NCBI RefSeq assembly: GCF_000372725.1
Contig: NW_005201792.1
Location: 623,440 to 687,439 of the forward strand
Source: Emiliania huxleyi CCMP1516
Lineage: Eukaryota
Length of the DNA stretch: 64,000 bases
Direction: 5' to 3'
The notes under the pieces are model-generated. The model made no database searches. It saw only the letters and a list, made by a program, of their open reading frames with translations, and was not told the origin of the DNA. Positions 35,162 to 46,520 of this stretch are shown piece by piece. The number at the start of each line of letters is the position of its first letter. Within the stretch, counting starts at the first letter, position 1. Position numbers and translations under genes: made by a program.

Positions 35162-35923
35162 CCTGGGGGGTCGACGGGCCCCCGGGGGCGACGGGGGTGC
35201 TCTTGGGGGGGGTTCCCCCAGTCAAGGGGGTCTGAGGCGCAGCCCCAGGAAGCCCGCCGCAGGCGCCGATTTTTTTGGGGCTTTTTGACTGATTTTCATG
35301 AGGTGTTGCTACTAGTTTGGGACCACAGTTGAAGCCTAAAAAAATGGCTACAAATACAGCCACAGCAGCTGCTAGTCGTGAGCTGCTACTGTGTTGCAGA
35401 GCCCAGAGAGAGGGCTTTCAGGAGCACTATTCAGTTTGATCCAGCTCAACGTTGCGGAGTAGTAAGACTGTTCCGTTACCGTGAGCGGCCGGCGGCCGGC
35501 GGCGGCCGGTGTGGCACGCGGAGCACTCCGTGAGCGGTGACGGGTGCGGACGAGCGAATGAGAGGTCCCTTTCAGTGAGAGATAGGCAATCCTAGTCTTT
35601 AATAACACATCTTCCACAGATAACGACCTCTCATTCGCTCGTCCGCGCCCGCCACTGCTAGTCGGGGCACTCCCGGCGTGCGGCCCGGTCCCGGTCGTCA
35701 CTCCGGTTGCTCGTGTTCACACACCGTCAGAAGACAGAACTCAGCTCCGCTGGATTCAGTGTCTGAGACTTGGGCATCTCACACAACCTTTGTAGTAGAG
35801 CACAATGGCACCCTTGCATCAAGTGCATCACTTCATTACTGGACCGTACTGGAGATCCCCGTTTTCGGCCGCCGCGGCCGGAGAGCACCCCCGTCGCCCC
35901 CGGGGGCCCGTCGACCCCCCAGG
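35162..35923. mobile_element. MITE with perfect 42-bp TIRs and an 8-bp TSD
   Basis: CCTGGGGGGTCGACGGGCCCCCGGGGGCGACGGGGGTGCTCT and its exact reverse complement; GGCCGAAC at 35154-35161 and 35924-35931. Confidence 0.85.
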
Positions 35924-36924
35924 GGCCGAACGGCACGCTGCTGCGCCCCACGCTGCGGTGCGCAGCGGCGATGCTGGCGGCCTCGCTGCTGGCGATGCCA
36001 GCCGCGCCACTGGCACGTCGGTCGCCACTGTCACCACGTCTCTCGCCGCGGTGGAGCTCTGCGACGAGGACGTGGCAATGCGCTGCTCTGCTCAAAGCGA
36101 TGCTGGCTCTGCTGCCGACCCTGAGTGGGAGGCAGTGCTGGCGCAGCTGCTAGCAGAGGAAGCAGAGGAAGAGGAGCTCTGCTGCCGCTTCGAGCGCCGT
36201 GGCGACGACTCCGACGACGGGTGTGGGACAACTACAGTGAGGGGGAGGAGGATGCTGCTGTGCAGGGTGTGGCTGGGAAGGTGGACGAGTCGCTCGAGCG
36301 TCGGGACGAGCGGGCTTGCGCCACTGGTGGAGGATTCAGTATGCCGCAGGCGGCTCCCACCTCGATGGGTTTTATCACTCCTGCGACTGCATCGAAGAGG
36401 GCTTCAACATTCAACAAACAGGAATCGAGGGTGACCGCATGTCTGCATCAGACGTGTCATCCGTCCCGATCGTGACCAACCAAAGCCACCCCTCTTCTCA
36501 GATCAGTGCTTGCACCGATCCTGAATCCTCTGCCGCTCCCAGCCGTGCTCGCCGAGCCTCCGCCGCCTCCACCTCCGCCTTCAATCTCAATGTCCCACCA
36601 CCCCCCTGCGCGCGGGCCTTCTAGGCCCGCGGGTAGTCTCCCCCCATCCCCAGGGCCTCCATGGCTCGCACCTCAACCTCTCACAGCACACAGACCAGCG
36701 CAAAGCGCCATAGGACGTATTTTCTTGTCAATAACAAGGTAGTCTGTGAACAGGCGCTATTTCGGGGCCCGGGGTTGTGCGTTTATGTGAACAGGCGCTG
36801 TGCGATTTCGGGCCCGGGGTAGTGCGTTTACGTGAACAGGCGCTCGCGAAGCAAACATAATCCACTCGGCGTCCTCGCTTCCGCCCTGTGCGTTTGCCCG
36901 CTGGCCTCGGCTCCGGCGCCCGAT

Positions 36925-38346
36925 ATGGGTGCGCCGGCGTTCCGACACGTTGGTAAGATGGCGAGTGAGCGCATGAGGCGGGCGGCCGTGCGTCGCCGGC
37001 CCTCCTCCGGCTGGATCGATCCCGCGCAGCTGGCGACACGGCTAGCAACGGCACGCACACTGCCAGAGCTGCTCGAGACGCGGCGCCGCTTCGCGCCAGA
37101 GATGGACTTCTCGCACGCGCCCGTTGCGTGGAGCCGGCTGGCGCGGTTGCGGCGGCGGCCTGCCGAGCGAGCGTGGCTCGACGAAAACTTGCCCTTTCTC
37201 GAGCCGCTTGCAGCACACACCGCGGAGCTTGTCGAGCAGAGCGAGGACATCGAGGCCGGCAGGCGCGCAGCGCTCGCCTCGGCGCTCGTGGCGGCTGGCG
37301 TGCGATCGGAGCCTCCGTGGAACGAGCTGTGGGATGCAATCGAGCGCCGTTCCGTCGAGAGCGCCCCGCTGAGTGAGTGCGACGAGTGCGCCTCTGTCGC
37401 CGAGGCGCTCGTCAACGCAGGCCACTCGTCGCAGCGCTACCTCGAGGCGGCGGCGCCGGTGGTGGCGCGCTCGCTCCGGAGAGAGGCGGGCGCGCGGCGC
37501 GGCGGGGCCATCCTTCTCGTGCGCGGCCGCCCCGTCGTGGACGAAGTCCGCCTCGAGTGCATCGCGGCGTTCGCCTCTGCGCTCGCGCGCGGGGCGGCGG
37601 CCTCGGAGGACCGGTCTGCGCTGCTGGGGCACCTCGCTGCGGCGGCGGTGCCAAAGGTGCCCGCCGCGCGCGCCTCCCACCTCGTCTCGCTCGCCTGCAC
37701 GTACGGTTCGACGCCGCCGCCTCGTGCTGCCGCCGCCGGAAGGGACGGTGCTGGCGGCGGAGGCGGCAGCGGCAGTGCGGGCGGCGGCGGCGGCGCTAGC
37801 GCGGCGGAGAGCGCGGCGCAGCAGTCGCTGCTGCGGGCCATCGCGGACGAGCTGCGCGTGCGGCCGTGGCAGCTCAAGCCTGCGGAGGTTGCCTTGCTCG
37901 CGGAGGTGTACTGCACACGGCTGCCCTCTGGCTCCGCTGGCGGCGGCGAGGGCGGCGCCGCCGCACTGGTGCCGTCACGGGGTGTGGTTGCTGTCGACTC
38001 GGCGCCGCTGCTCGAGTCCCTCGCCCGCGTCGCCCTCCCACGGCTCGACAGGTACAAGGCGTATAACCTCGCGCGGCTGGCGCAAGCCGCGTCGCGCTGG
38101 CCCGCGGCCGGCGGCAGAGGCGGCAGCGCGGCGGCAGAGCAGCTGCTGAGTAGCGTGGCGGCGGCGGCGGCGGCGCGCGAGGGCGAGTTCCGCGGGGAAA
38201 GCCGCGCTCTGCTGGTGGACGCTTATGCGCGCGCGCGGCTGCTGCCGCCGATACAGCCCGAGCCTGCTCCTCCACCACTGTCCAGGTCTGTCCACTCAGC
38301 CTCCCAGGGCCGACCGAATGATCATTTAGCTTCGTCGTGGTTGTGA
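36925..38346 (+). CDS. Hypothetical helical-repeat protein, possibly organellar RNA-binding (OPR/RAP-associated type)
   Basis: Single long ORF with degenerate repeats (LKPAEVALLAEVY, YKAYNLARLAQA, FRGESRALLVDAYARA). Confidence 0.55.
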   Translation: MGAPAFRHVGKMASERMRRAAVRRRPSSGWIDPAQLATRLATARTLPELLETRRRFAPEMDFSHAPVAWSRLARLRRRPAERAWLDENLPFLEPLAAHTAELVEQSEDIEAGRRAALASALVAAGVRSEPPWNELWDAIERRSVESAPLSECDECASVAEALVNAGHSSQRYLEAAAPVVARSLRREAGARRGGAILLVRGRPVVDEVRLECIAAFASALARGAAASEDRSALLGHLAAAAVPKVPAARASHLVSLACTYGSTPPPRAAAAGRDGAGGGGGSGSAGGGGGASAAESAAQQSLLRAIADELRVRPWQLKPAEVALLAEVYCTRLPSGSAGGGEGGAAALVPSRGVVAVDSAPLLESLARVALPRLDRYKAYNLARLAQAASRWPAAGGRGGSAAAEQLLSSVAAAAAAREGEFRGESRALLVDAYARARLLPPIQPEPAPPPLSRSVHSASQGRPNDHLASSWL

Positions 38347-38467
38347 TTCCCAAAACATGCCAGAACAGAGATAAGCTAAGCGAGACGGCGGCGACTCACC
38401 ACGGAGGCCGGAGCGAGATATACGACGAATCTCATGCTGGACAATCCAGACTAGTAAAACCCCGGCG

Positions 38468-38896
38468 CTACAGCACCTGGTTGGTCATGGTCTGCGTCTC
38501 GACCATCGACACGCCTGGAATCGCCTCGAGCTTGGCCAGGAAGTCAGCCTCGGGGGGGTGCCCAGCCTCCTCCCACGGGCCAAAGGTGGCGAGAGGCACG
38601 GTCGTGCAGAGCTTGAAGTCGAGACACCCGCCACAGACGGCGCGGTTGACAACCGCGCCGTCGAGAGCCTTGAGCTGCGGCAGGAACTCGTCCACGACAT
38701 CTGCGATCGCGACGAGGGTGGCGGACGAGGCCTTGCCACCACCGTCGTCCTGCCATTTGCACCGCCACTCCCGCGCGACATTATCAAATTCCATCTTGCC
38801 GTTGGCCATTTCCGCCATCATGGGCGAGGAGCGCGCCGATGGGCGGCCAGCGGAGCTGATGGAGAAAGCATGTGAGAGGGACGAGAGCAGCAGCAT
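38468..38896 (-). CDS. Small protein with putative bipartite plastid-targeting peptide and a CxxC motif
   Basis: [11 protein letters not shown] followed by a Ser/Arg-rich transit-like segment; globular part AREWRCKW...[11 protein letters not shown]. Confidence 0.7.
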   Translation of the reverse strand: MLLLSSLSHAFSISSAGRPSARSSPMMAEMANGKMEFDNVAREWRCKWQDDGGGKASSATLVAIADVVDEFLPQLKALDGAVVNRAVCGGCLDFKLCTTVPLATFGPWEEAGHPPEADFLAKLEAIPGVSMVETQTMTNQVL

Positions 38897-39031
38897 TCGG
38901 CGCAGTGGGGAAGCTGTCTGGTACAGCCCCAGCCGACTCCGCGTGAACTCTCGAGGGATCTCGAGTTGCGGAGCTCCTGCTGCTCGGTACGCACTCTGTT
39001 CACACCGAGCAGCTGGGAGTGGCTGCGGCTA

Positions 39032-39938
39032 TCTCTTAAGTGCCGAGGAGGCGCTGGCGGATCTTCCAGCCCCTTTCGGCACCGCAGCGCGGTCCTACGG
39101 CCGATGGCGGCCGCCCCGATGGCCCAGCTGGCCAGGCCGGGTCGGCTGCATGTCCAGGCTGGCCGTGGGGGTCATTGTTGGGTCATTGTGTCTCGTTTGA
39201 ACACGGTTTTTTGGCCGACGGCAGAAGATCCTCTGGAGGATCTTCTGCCGGGAACCAATATCAGAGCTCTGAACGGCTGATCTGAGAGCCCCCCAGTACA
39301 GTAGGGATTGATTATGATCAGATCCATCACTCACTGGCCGGAGTTGAGCTCTTCTCGACGATAAGCCGCGTGCAGCGTGCCTGAAGTTCAGCCCCGCACG
39401 ACGCACAGACGTGCCGGAGAGTGGGCTGCTAGCGCTCTGCGGGCAGCAAATGTCGCGCTTCTGGGCCACCACGCCGGTAATATGACCTAACCCGGTCAGT
39501 CTGAGGCTGCAGCCATGATGGTTGCGCTCCTCATGGTGTCGGTGGACCACTTCTCGGCTTGAGCTAGCGACGAGAATGATCAGCGTGAGGTGGACTCACG
39601 AGGGAGGCCGAGGGTCGCCATGTTGGACACACAGGTGCCATCCAGGCAGAAGTATTGACCAGACAATGAATACGGACAATATCCTTACAAAGAGAGCGAT
39701 GCCTTCCCACCTGCTGACCGCTTCTGCGGTGGTCGCCACCAATGCAACGACGGCACTCGCCGGCCACGTTGCTGGCCAGCACCAACAATTCTGGGCGCCG
39801 GTCGGCCCGAGGCATTGCTAGGCCTGCTCAGGCCGTGCCACATGAGCACTGAATAGCCTCGCAGGCGGCTCATGGGGCCGGTGACGGCGCCCTGCGCCGA
39901 AGATCCTCGGGCGGATCTTCTGGCCGGCACTTAAGAGA
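39032..39938. mobile_element. Candidate MITE (short TIRs, probable TA TSD)
   Basis: GCTATCTCTTAAGTGCCG (39028-39045) and CGGCACTTAAGAGATAGC (39925-39942) are exact reverse complements; subterminal GAAGATCC..GGATCTTC palindromes. Confidence 0.6.
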
Positions 39939-40025
39939 TAGCAGACAGGTGGGGAAGTCTGCGAAGACAGACAAAACGAAAAAATTTCTCACAATTTTCT
40001 CTTTCTTCTTCGCTTCTTCTCAGCG

Positions 40026-43000
40026 CTAGGACGCCCCCTCCTCTAGGGTGAGCATCAGCCTCCCGTCGCCCACGCTCTCCATCGTGTTCGTCCGCGCGCG
40101 CAAGAGGGCCGCGTCATCGTGCGTATCGACCGTGCGCGACGGCCAGCGAACCACCACCCTGAGCGGAGAGCCGGACGGCCCGAGGCCAAACACCAGCCGA
40201 TGGTCATTGGACCCGTGGCAGCCGGGCCCGTGCGACACCGCGTTTAGCTCACGGAGCTGCACCCGCTCGGTGCCAGAGTCGTCGGACCACGTGAGGAGCA
40301 CCGTCGCGCCGATGCCGTAGTGGTTGCTCGTCACGCCCCGCAGCGTGAAGGCGATGTACGAGTTGCGCCCCCACCAAAAATGCTGGTTCCTAAAGAGGTG
40401 GCACCGCTCCTTATTGGAGCACAACGCGACGTCCATGAAGCCGTCGTTGTCAAAGTCGAAGACGCTCGCGCCGTCGACCCTCCCCCGCTGGCGGCGGCAC
40501 AGCGCACTGATGCCGTAGCCCTGCCACATCCCAGTGCTCGTCGCACAGGCCGCCTTCGCCGCGCAGCACCACTCGACAAAGGACCGATTGTGGTGCGTGC
40601 TCTGTTCGGAGAGCGAGCCCATCGCCGCGTCCGCGCTGGCACCGCTTAATTGCCCAAGCCGGAGCAAGGAAACGCCGTCCAACGGCCCCTCCTCTCTGAG
40701 ATCCTGCCCTAAAGAGAGTCGCCGTCGCGCGCTTTCGGGGTGCCGCATCGTCATCCACTCCCCTCCCACCCGCTGGAGCATCAAGCTCGTCCCGGCATCC
40801 TTGCAGATGACCAGCAGCTCAACGTTGCCATCGAGGTCAAAATCGGCCACGTGGAGAGTGGACGCGTCGCATCCGAGGTCCCGCAGATCCACCAACGCCG
40901 CGACTCCCGACGTGTTTTGCTGCTGCGACAAGAGCGGTGCAGCCCTAGCGCGCGACGAGTAGTAGAAGTACAGCCGGCCAAGGCGGTTGTTGAGGATTGT
41001 GAGGTCGACGATGCCATCGCCGTTGAAGTCGCCCGTCGCGATCGCGCCGCCATCCCATCCGAGGTCAGTTACCGAGCCCCAGCCCACGGCCTCGCTGGAT
41101 GGTGTCAGATCAGCCACATCCAAGGCTTCGACGCTGTTCCATCTGTAGACGCGCAGGGGCGACTCACCCGCAGCGATGCCCTGCGTCCGCAGCACCACAA
41201 GCTCCGTCGCAAAGCCGTCCTGGTCGAAGTCGGTCAGCACAGCAGCCGTGGCGTGGTCGCTCACCACTGCGGACTCTTCGAAGCTGCGCGACTGGGTCGG
41301 CCCGCGGTTGAGAAAGAGGCGGCTCGGTAGGATAGGTGGTTGCGCCCGCTCAAAGTTGAGCACGAGCACGTCAAGGAATCCGTCGCCATTCACGTCAGCT
41401 ACGTAGACGCCGTACGAACGACAGCCTGTGCAGTCGAGCCCCGCATTTACGGCCGCGAGGCGCCCCCCTGAAAGTCGTGGCGTCAACGCGGACGCATGTA
41501 GCTCACCCCAGAAGAGCCCGTTTGCCGAATCGAAGGAGGTGTCGGTGCCCTGCCGGGTCCCCTGCGCCACGTACAGATCGAGGACCCCGTCTCGATCCAA
41601 GTCTAGCAGCACGGTGCCGTGCGCGTCGAAAGCGGCCGGGTCCGTCTCGGTGGATCCAAAGGGAACGTACTGTATGATGTCGACGAGCGCCTCCCGTGCA
41701 AGAGGTCCACCCACCGTATTGAGCGCGAGGTCCCACTTCTCCGCTGCTGACAGCTTCGCGTTGCCTGGGTGGTGGTTGGTGGCGAAAATGTCGAGCCACC
41801 CATCACCATTCCAGTCTAGGAGCGACGGACCACCAAAATGGTCAAAGGGGCTGTAAAAGTGGCCTGGCATCGACAGGCCCGAGAGCATGTACGCAGAAAC
41901 GTCCCGAAACGCCTCAGGGGGTGGCGGCGGTGGCGGCCGCGGTGGTGGTGGTTGCGGTGGGCAAGGGAGCTGAGTCCACACCCACAGCCCATTGTAGTTG
42001 CAGCCCGCATTCTGGCAGTTCCTGTCGCAGAGCGAGAGCCCGAGAGCGGTGCACTTGTTCCTAGCCTCGGTCCAGGTTGTGAGCTCAAACGATCCGCCAC
42101 CCCAGGCACCTGCGATGCAATCGTCCTCGCTGCCACTCGTCTTGCGCCTGCACTGCGCTCCCTCGCAGCATTGTGCCGCAACGGGGATGCCGTCCACTCG
42201 TTTGGAGCTCGGGCTCTGGACGCATCTCTGCTCGGCGGAGCTTCCATGCAGCACTAGCACGCCCTCCGCTGGGAATTGTGGCGGAGTAGAAAAGGGCGGC
42301 GAGAGCGGCGGCGACGATGGCGGCGAGGGTGGCGACGACAGAGGCGGCAGCCGCGGCAACGAAGGCAAGGGTGGCGAGAGTGGCGGCGGCAGCAGTGGAG
42401 GCAACGAAGGCAAGGGTGGCGAGAGTGGCGGCGGCAGCAGTGGAGGCAACGAAGGCAAGGGTGGCGAGAGTGGCGGCGGCAGCAGTGGAGGCAACGAAGG
42501 CAAGGGTGGCGAGAGTGGCGGCGGCAGCAGCGGCGGCAACGAAGGCAAGGGTGGCGAGAGTGGCGGCGGCAGCAGTGGCGGCAACGAAGGCAAGGGTGGC
42601 GAGAGTGGCGGCGGCAGCAGTGGAGGCAACGAAGGCAAGGGTGGCGGGAGTGGCGGCGGCAGCAGTGGCGGCAACGAAGGCAAGGGTGGCGAGTGATGCG
42701 GCGGCAGTAGTGGCGGCAACGAAGGCAAGGGTGGCGGGAGTGGCGGCGGCAGCAGTGGCGGCAACGAAGGCAAGGGTGGCGAGAGTGGCGGCGGCAGCAG
42801 TGGCGGCAACGAAGGCAAGGGTGGCGAGAGTGGCGGCGGCAGCAGTGGCGGCAACGAAGGCAAGGGTGGCGAGTGATGCGGCGGCAGCAATGGAACGAGC
42901 GACACCGAACACTCGGTGCATGCCCCGCAGCCTTGCCAGGTGCAGGCTATTACCCATCCATGCGTCCTGGCTGGGCAGAAGCGCCTGCACTTGGCCGCCG

Positions 43001-43925
43001 GGGGCAGCAGCGGTGGCATCAGTGAGGGCGGCGGCGGCGGCGCGAGCGATACGCTAACACACTCGCTGCATGCCCCGCAGCCATGCCAGGTGCACAGTTC
43101 TGCCCAGCCATGCGGCTTGTCCGCGCAGTAGCGTCTACACACCGACAGTCGCGGCGGCGACGGTGAGGCCAGCGGTGGCGGCGGCTGCGGCGATGGCTGC
43201 TCATGCAGCGTGCAAGATTTGACGTTGATGGTTTCGCCAACAGCGACCAGCGTTGGGAAGAGCCGGTCGCAGGTCAAGGTGAGCCTGCACCAACTTGCGA
43301 GCACCCAGAAGGAGTAAAAGAAGCAGGTTTCTGCTGTTTCGCACTTGTTCCGGCAGGCGACCTCGTCCGCGGTGAATCCAGCAAAGGATGCCGCGTCGTA
43401 GCATGAGTCAAGGCCGACTACCGACACCGGAGGAGTGCACACCTTGTGTGCTGGAGTCGGTTGAGTTGGCGAGGGCATGGTCGGGAGAGGCACAGGCCCT
43501 GGTGCTGCTGGCGGCGTCGGTGGCGGCCGTTGGCAAGGGAGCTGAGTCCACACCCACAGCCCATTGTAGTTGCAGCCCGCATTCTGGCAGTTCCTGTCGC
43601 AGAGCGAGAGCCCGAGAGCGGTGCACTTGTTCCTAGCCTCGGTCCAGGTTGTGAGCTCAAACGATCCGCCACCCCAGGCACCTGCGATGCAATCGTCCTC
43701 GCTGCCACTCGTCTTGCGCCTGCACTGCGCTCCCTCGCAGCATTGTGCCGCAACGGGGATGCCGTCCACTCGTTTGGAGCTCGGGCTCTGGACGCATCTC
43801 TGCTCGGCGGAGCTTCCATGCAGCACTAGCACGCCCTCCGCTGGGAATGCATCTGCAGCCGGGCTGGCCGAAGCCAAGCACCCGAGGACAGCCGCGAGGT
43901 TGCGGCTCCTCCTCGCAGCGGACAT
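40026..43925 (-). CDS. Large secreted protein: duplicated Cys-rich module, Pro-rich stalk, FG-GAP/VCBS repeats and ASPIC/UnbV C-terminus (CRTAC1-like)
   Basis: Signal-like MSAARRSRNLAAVLGCLASA; DWNGDGWLDI, DLDRDGVLDL, DVNGDGFLDV, DFNGDGIVDL, DFDNDGFMDV; SNHYGIGATV...LVFGLG...VRWPS; intronless. Confidence 0.85.
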   Translation of the reverse strand: MSAARRSRNLAAVLGCLASASPAADAFPAEGVLVLHGSSAEQRCVQSPSSKRVDGIPVAAQCCEGAQCRRKTSGSEDDCIAGAWGGGSFELTTWTEARNKCTALGLSLCDRNCQNAGCNYNGLWVWTQLPCQRPPPTPPAAPGPVPLPTMPSPTQPTPAHKVCTPPVSVVGLDSCYDAASFAGFTADEVACRNKCETAETCFFYSFWVLASWCRLTLTCDRLFPTLVAVGETINVKSCTLHEQPSPQPPPPLASPSPPRLSVCRRYCADKPHGWAELCTWHGCGACSECVSVSLAPPPPPSLMPPLLPPAAKCRRFCPARTHGWVIACTWQGCGACTECSVSLVPLLPPHHSPPLPSLPPLLPPPLSPPLPSLPPLLPPPLSPPLPSLPPLLPPPLPPPLPSLPPLLPPHHSPPLPSLPPLLPPPLPPPLPSLPPLLPPPLSPPLPSLPPLLPPPLSPPLPSLPPLLPPPLSPPLPSLPPLLPPPLSPPLPSLPPLLPPPLSPPLPSLPPLLPPPLSPPLPSLPRLPPLSSPPSPPSSPPLSPPFSTPPQFPAEGVLVLHGSSAEQRCVQSPSSKRVDGIPVAAQCCEGAQCRRKTSGSEDDCIAGAWGGGSFELTTWTEARNKCTALGLSLCDRNCQNAGCNYNGLWVWTQLPCPPQPPPPRPPPPPPPEAFRDVSAYMLSGLSMPGHFYSPFDHFGGPSLLDWNGDGWLDIFATNHHPGNAKLSAAEKWDLALNTVGGPLAREALVDIIQYVPFGSTETDPAAFDAHGTVLLDLDRDGVLDLYVAQGTRQGTDTSFDSANGLFWGELHASALTPRLSGGRLAAVNAGLDCTGCRSYGVYVADVNGDGFLDVLVLNFERAQPPILPSRLFLNRGPTQSRSFEESAVVSDHATAAVLTDFDQDGFATELVVLRTQGIAAGESPLRVYRWNSVEALDVADLTPSSEAVGWGSVTDLGWDGGAIATGDFNGDGIVDLTILNNRLGRLYFYYSSRARAAPLLSQQQNTSGVAALVDLRDLGCDASTLHVADFDLDGNVELLVICKDAGTSLMLQRVGGEWMTMRHPESARRRLSLGQDLREEGPLDGVSLLRLGQLSGASADAAMGSLSEQSTHHNRSFVEWCCAAKAACATSTGMWQGYGISALCRRQRGRVDGASVFDFDNDGFMDVALCSNKERCHLFRNQHFWWGRNSYIAFTLRGVTSNHYGIGATVLLTWSDDSGTERVQLRELNAVSHGPGCHGSNDHRLVFGLGPSGSPLRVVVRWPSRTVDTHDDAALLRARTNTMESVGDGRLMLTLEEGAS
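42350..42890. repeat. 39-bp coding tandem repeat (PPPLSPPLPSLPPLL-type units)
   Basis: GGCAACGAAGGCAAGGGTGGCGAGAGTGGCGGCGGCAGCAGT units repeated about 14 times. Confidence 0.9.
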
Positions 43926-44581
43926 GCATGTATGCCGCTGGTGTCGTTGCAAAACGTAATTCGGCGCTCCTCCTATTCGAGTTATCGAGTAATAAACCTT
44001 AGCTGAGTACAAATGGACGGGCTCATTCGCTCGTTCGTTTGCGCCCCCTCCTTCGCCCTGTCGCGTGACGTCACGCCGGGTACACAGCAAGAGGCAGAGA
44101 GTCAGAACATGAACATGAACCGACATCAACACGCGGGGCACTCAATTGACCATGCCTTTAGACAAACACGGACGGGGCACAAGTTGACCTTGTGACTTAC
44201 GGTTAGCCGCACGCCGTTGAAAGGATAAAGCCGTAGTGCAAAAACGAAAGAGTCTTATACTGGAAAGAGGAAAGATTTTGGCAAAGTCGCTCGAGCTCAG
44301 TGACAGTGTTACGTCTACGTGCTAGAGCCGTCTGTACACTCTAGGCTACACACCTCACACTCGAGTCACACCCGCTCACGCACGACGCACGTGGGTTTTA
44401 CCGGGTGTCTTGTTGTTTTCGTTTTATTAGAGACGTTTCGTACATTGTCCCGGGCTACTGTATGTGTCGAAATGCACAGAGCGCATCCCCTTTATTTGCC
44501 CTTCTCGACTCGATGCGCCATGCGCGACACATGCACATGCACATGCGCTTTGCGTGTAATGGGCCCTCGTCCGGTCCCGGT

Positions 44582-45409
44582 CTATGTGTTAAGCTCTCCC
44601 GCAGCCCGGTGCTCGTCCCTGCCGTCGGCCACCTCGCCTTGGCCACTGCTGCCGGCGGCGTCGCGTAGGGCCAGGGGGGCGTTCCGCGCGTGCCGGCCTC
44701 GGCCGCGCCTGCGCACGAGGTCTAGCACAAGTGCTAGCACGACGACGGTGGTCGCGCCGGACGCACCGGAGAGGACGATCGGCAGCGCGGCGCTCACCGC
44801 GCTCCTGACGCCATACACTATGTGCTCATATGTAACAGTGCCTGGCGCCAAAGGGGGCGGCCTCAGAGGCGGCGACGGCGGCGACGGCGGTGGCGACGGC
44901 GGGGGTGGGGAGGGTGAGGGTGGTGGTGACGGTGGCGGCAGCAATGGCGGTGGCAGCGGCGGCGGCGGCGGCGGAGGCAGAGGCGGGGGCGGCGGCGGGC
45001 TCGGCGGCGGTTGGCTGGGCGGCGGTGGTGATAGCGGTGGCGAGGGTGGCGGCGGCGAGGGAGGCGGCGGCGGGGGTGGCGCCGGCGAGGGAGGCGGCGA
45101 AGGAGGTGGCGGAGGCGATGGCGGTGGAGAAGGCGGGGGTTGGGGGGGTGGGGCCGGCGGGGGCGGGGGCGGCGATGGCGGTGGCGGCGGCGGCTGCGGC
45201 GGAGACGACGGCGGAGACGACGGCGGCTGCGGCGGAGACGACGGCGGCTGCGGCGGTGCCGGCGGCGCCGGCGGCGGCGGAACAGGCCTGCCTGCCTGAT
45301 AGAACGGTGGGGCCGGCGGATGCGGGGGCGCTCCAGGCGGGTTGGGATAGTGCATAATCTTCGACCAGAAGTAGATCGCCGCGGGCGTCGGCATAGGACC
45401 TCCAACCAT
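44582..45409 (-). CDS. Proline-rich extensin-like protein with a C-terminal hydrophobic segment
   Basis: (SPPP)n tract, then TTVVVLALVLDLV followed by basic RRRGRGR. Confidence 0.6.
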   Translation of the reverse strand: MVGGPMPTPAAIYFWSKIMHYPNPPGAPPHPPAPPFYQAGRPVPPPPAPPAPPQPPSSPPQPPSSPPSSPPQPPPPPPSPPPPPPAPPPQPPPSPPPSPPPPPSPPPSPAPPPPPPPSPPPPSPPLSPPPPSQPPPSPPPPPPLPPPPPPPLPPPLLPPPSPPPSPSPPPPSPPPSPPSPPLRPPPLAPGTVTYEHIVYGVRSAVSAALPIVLSGASGATTVVVLALVLDLVRRRGRGRHARNAPLALRDAAGSSGQGEVADGRDEHRAAGELNT

Positions 45410-46520
45410 GTTGGATGCCTAGATCTAGGAGAGCGACTCGCGCACGCCAGGGAACAACATTGGATGCGGTTTTTGCCAACAACAAAAACGCGCGAAGAAA
45501 AAATATTTGTTTTGTGCTCTTGCACGCCCCGCGAGCGGGGCGGGGTGCGCGCTGTGCCTCTGTGTTCGTGCGTCGCCCATCTCTCATGGAGATGTGCCTC
45601 TATTTTATCTTATCTATGTGAATCGCACCTCAACCTCTCACAGACCAGCGCACAGCGCCATCGGACGTATTTTCTTCTCATAACAAGGCCTGTGAACCGA
45701 CAAGCTCTCCAAAACGCGGATCAGGTTTATGGAAAAGCGGTCGGAGGCGTGCGACGGGAAGGAAAGGCGTACTGTCATGAAGCGAGTGGAGGAGACCAAG
45801 TCACTGCGAGTGGTGCCCGCCAGCCGGGTGAAAAAGAGGTGTAGTAGGCGACCCCACCTCGCACCTGCTGTGTGTGTTTTTGTGTGTGTGAGTGCGCGCG
45901 GCGCGATGGCGAAGAACATAGCTCCGTCCGCCTTTCATGGAGAGAGAGAGAGAAGGCCCCTATCTCTCTCTTCTTGTTGGTGACACACCGATTCGAGTCG
46001 ACTGCGGACTGGTGTGTGTCGTTCTTGGTTTCCTATCTCAAACTTCCTTCAAAAACGCCGTTGGGTCGTGTCGCCTCCCCTCCCCGGGAGGTCGGCCCAG
46101 CTCTCCCTCGTCGACCAATCGCGCCCGCTTCCGCGGTCTCTCTCTATCGTACTCGGTTCGCCCTCCCCCCTTCCTTCCGCTGACTCCTCATCGAACCCGG
46201 GAGGCGTGGTCCTCCTTGTCGTAGTTCATGCGGCCCGGCTTTTTTTTCTCGACGGGCGGCGGCGTGCATAAGAGAGAGATTTAGAGAGAAGTTGTTTGTG
46301 TTGTTTGCATAAGCGCACACGAGAAGGTGCTGACGTCGTCGGCCGACACGCCGACCATGGTGGCCGCCGTCTCAATGGCGATCGCGTTTGGTCCGATGCT
46401 CTTGGGATCGATCAGCACTGCGATTCGGTAATGAAACAAAAAACCAAAAAAAATGTTGCTCCACTTTGACGTTTGACAGTGACGGCGTGCAGCACAAGCC
46501 GCTGTTGCCTCGCCTCTCGC

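Noticed and set aside
42350..42890. Regular repeat array that could be mistaken for CRISPR
   Set aside because: No unique spacers, in-frame coding repeat, eukaryotic context and no cas genes.
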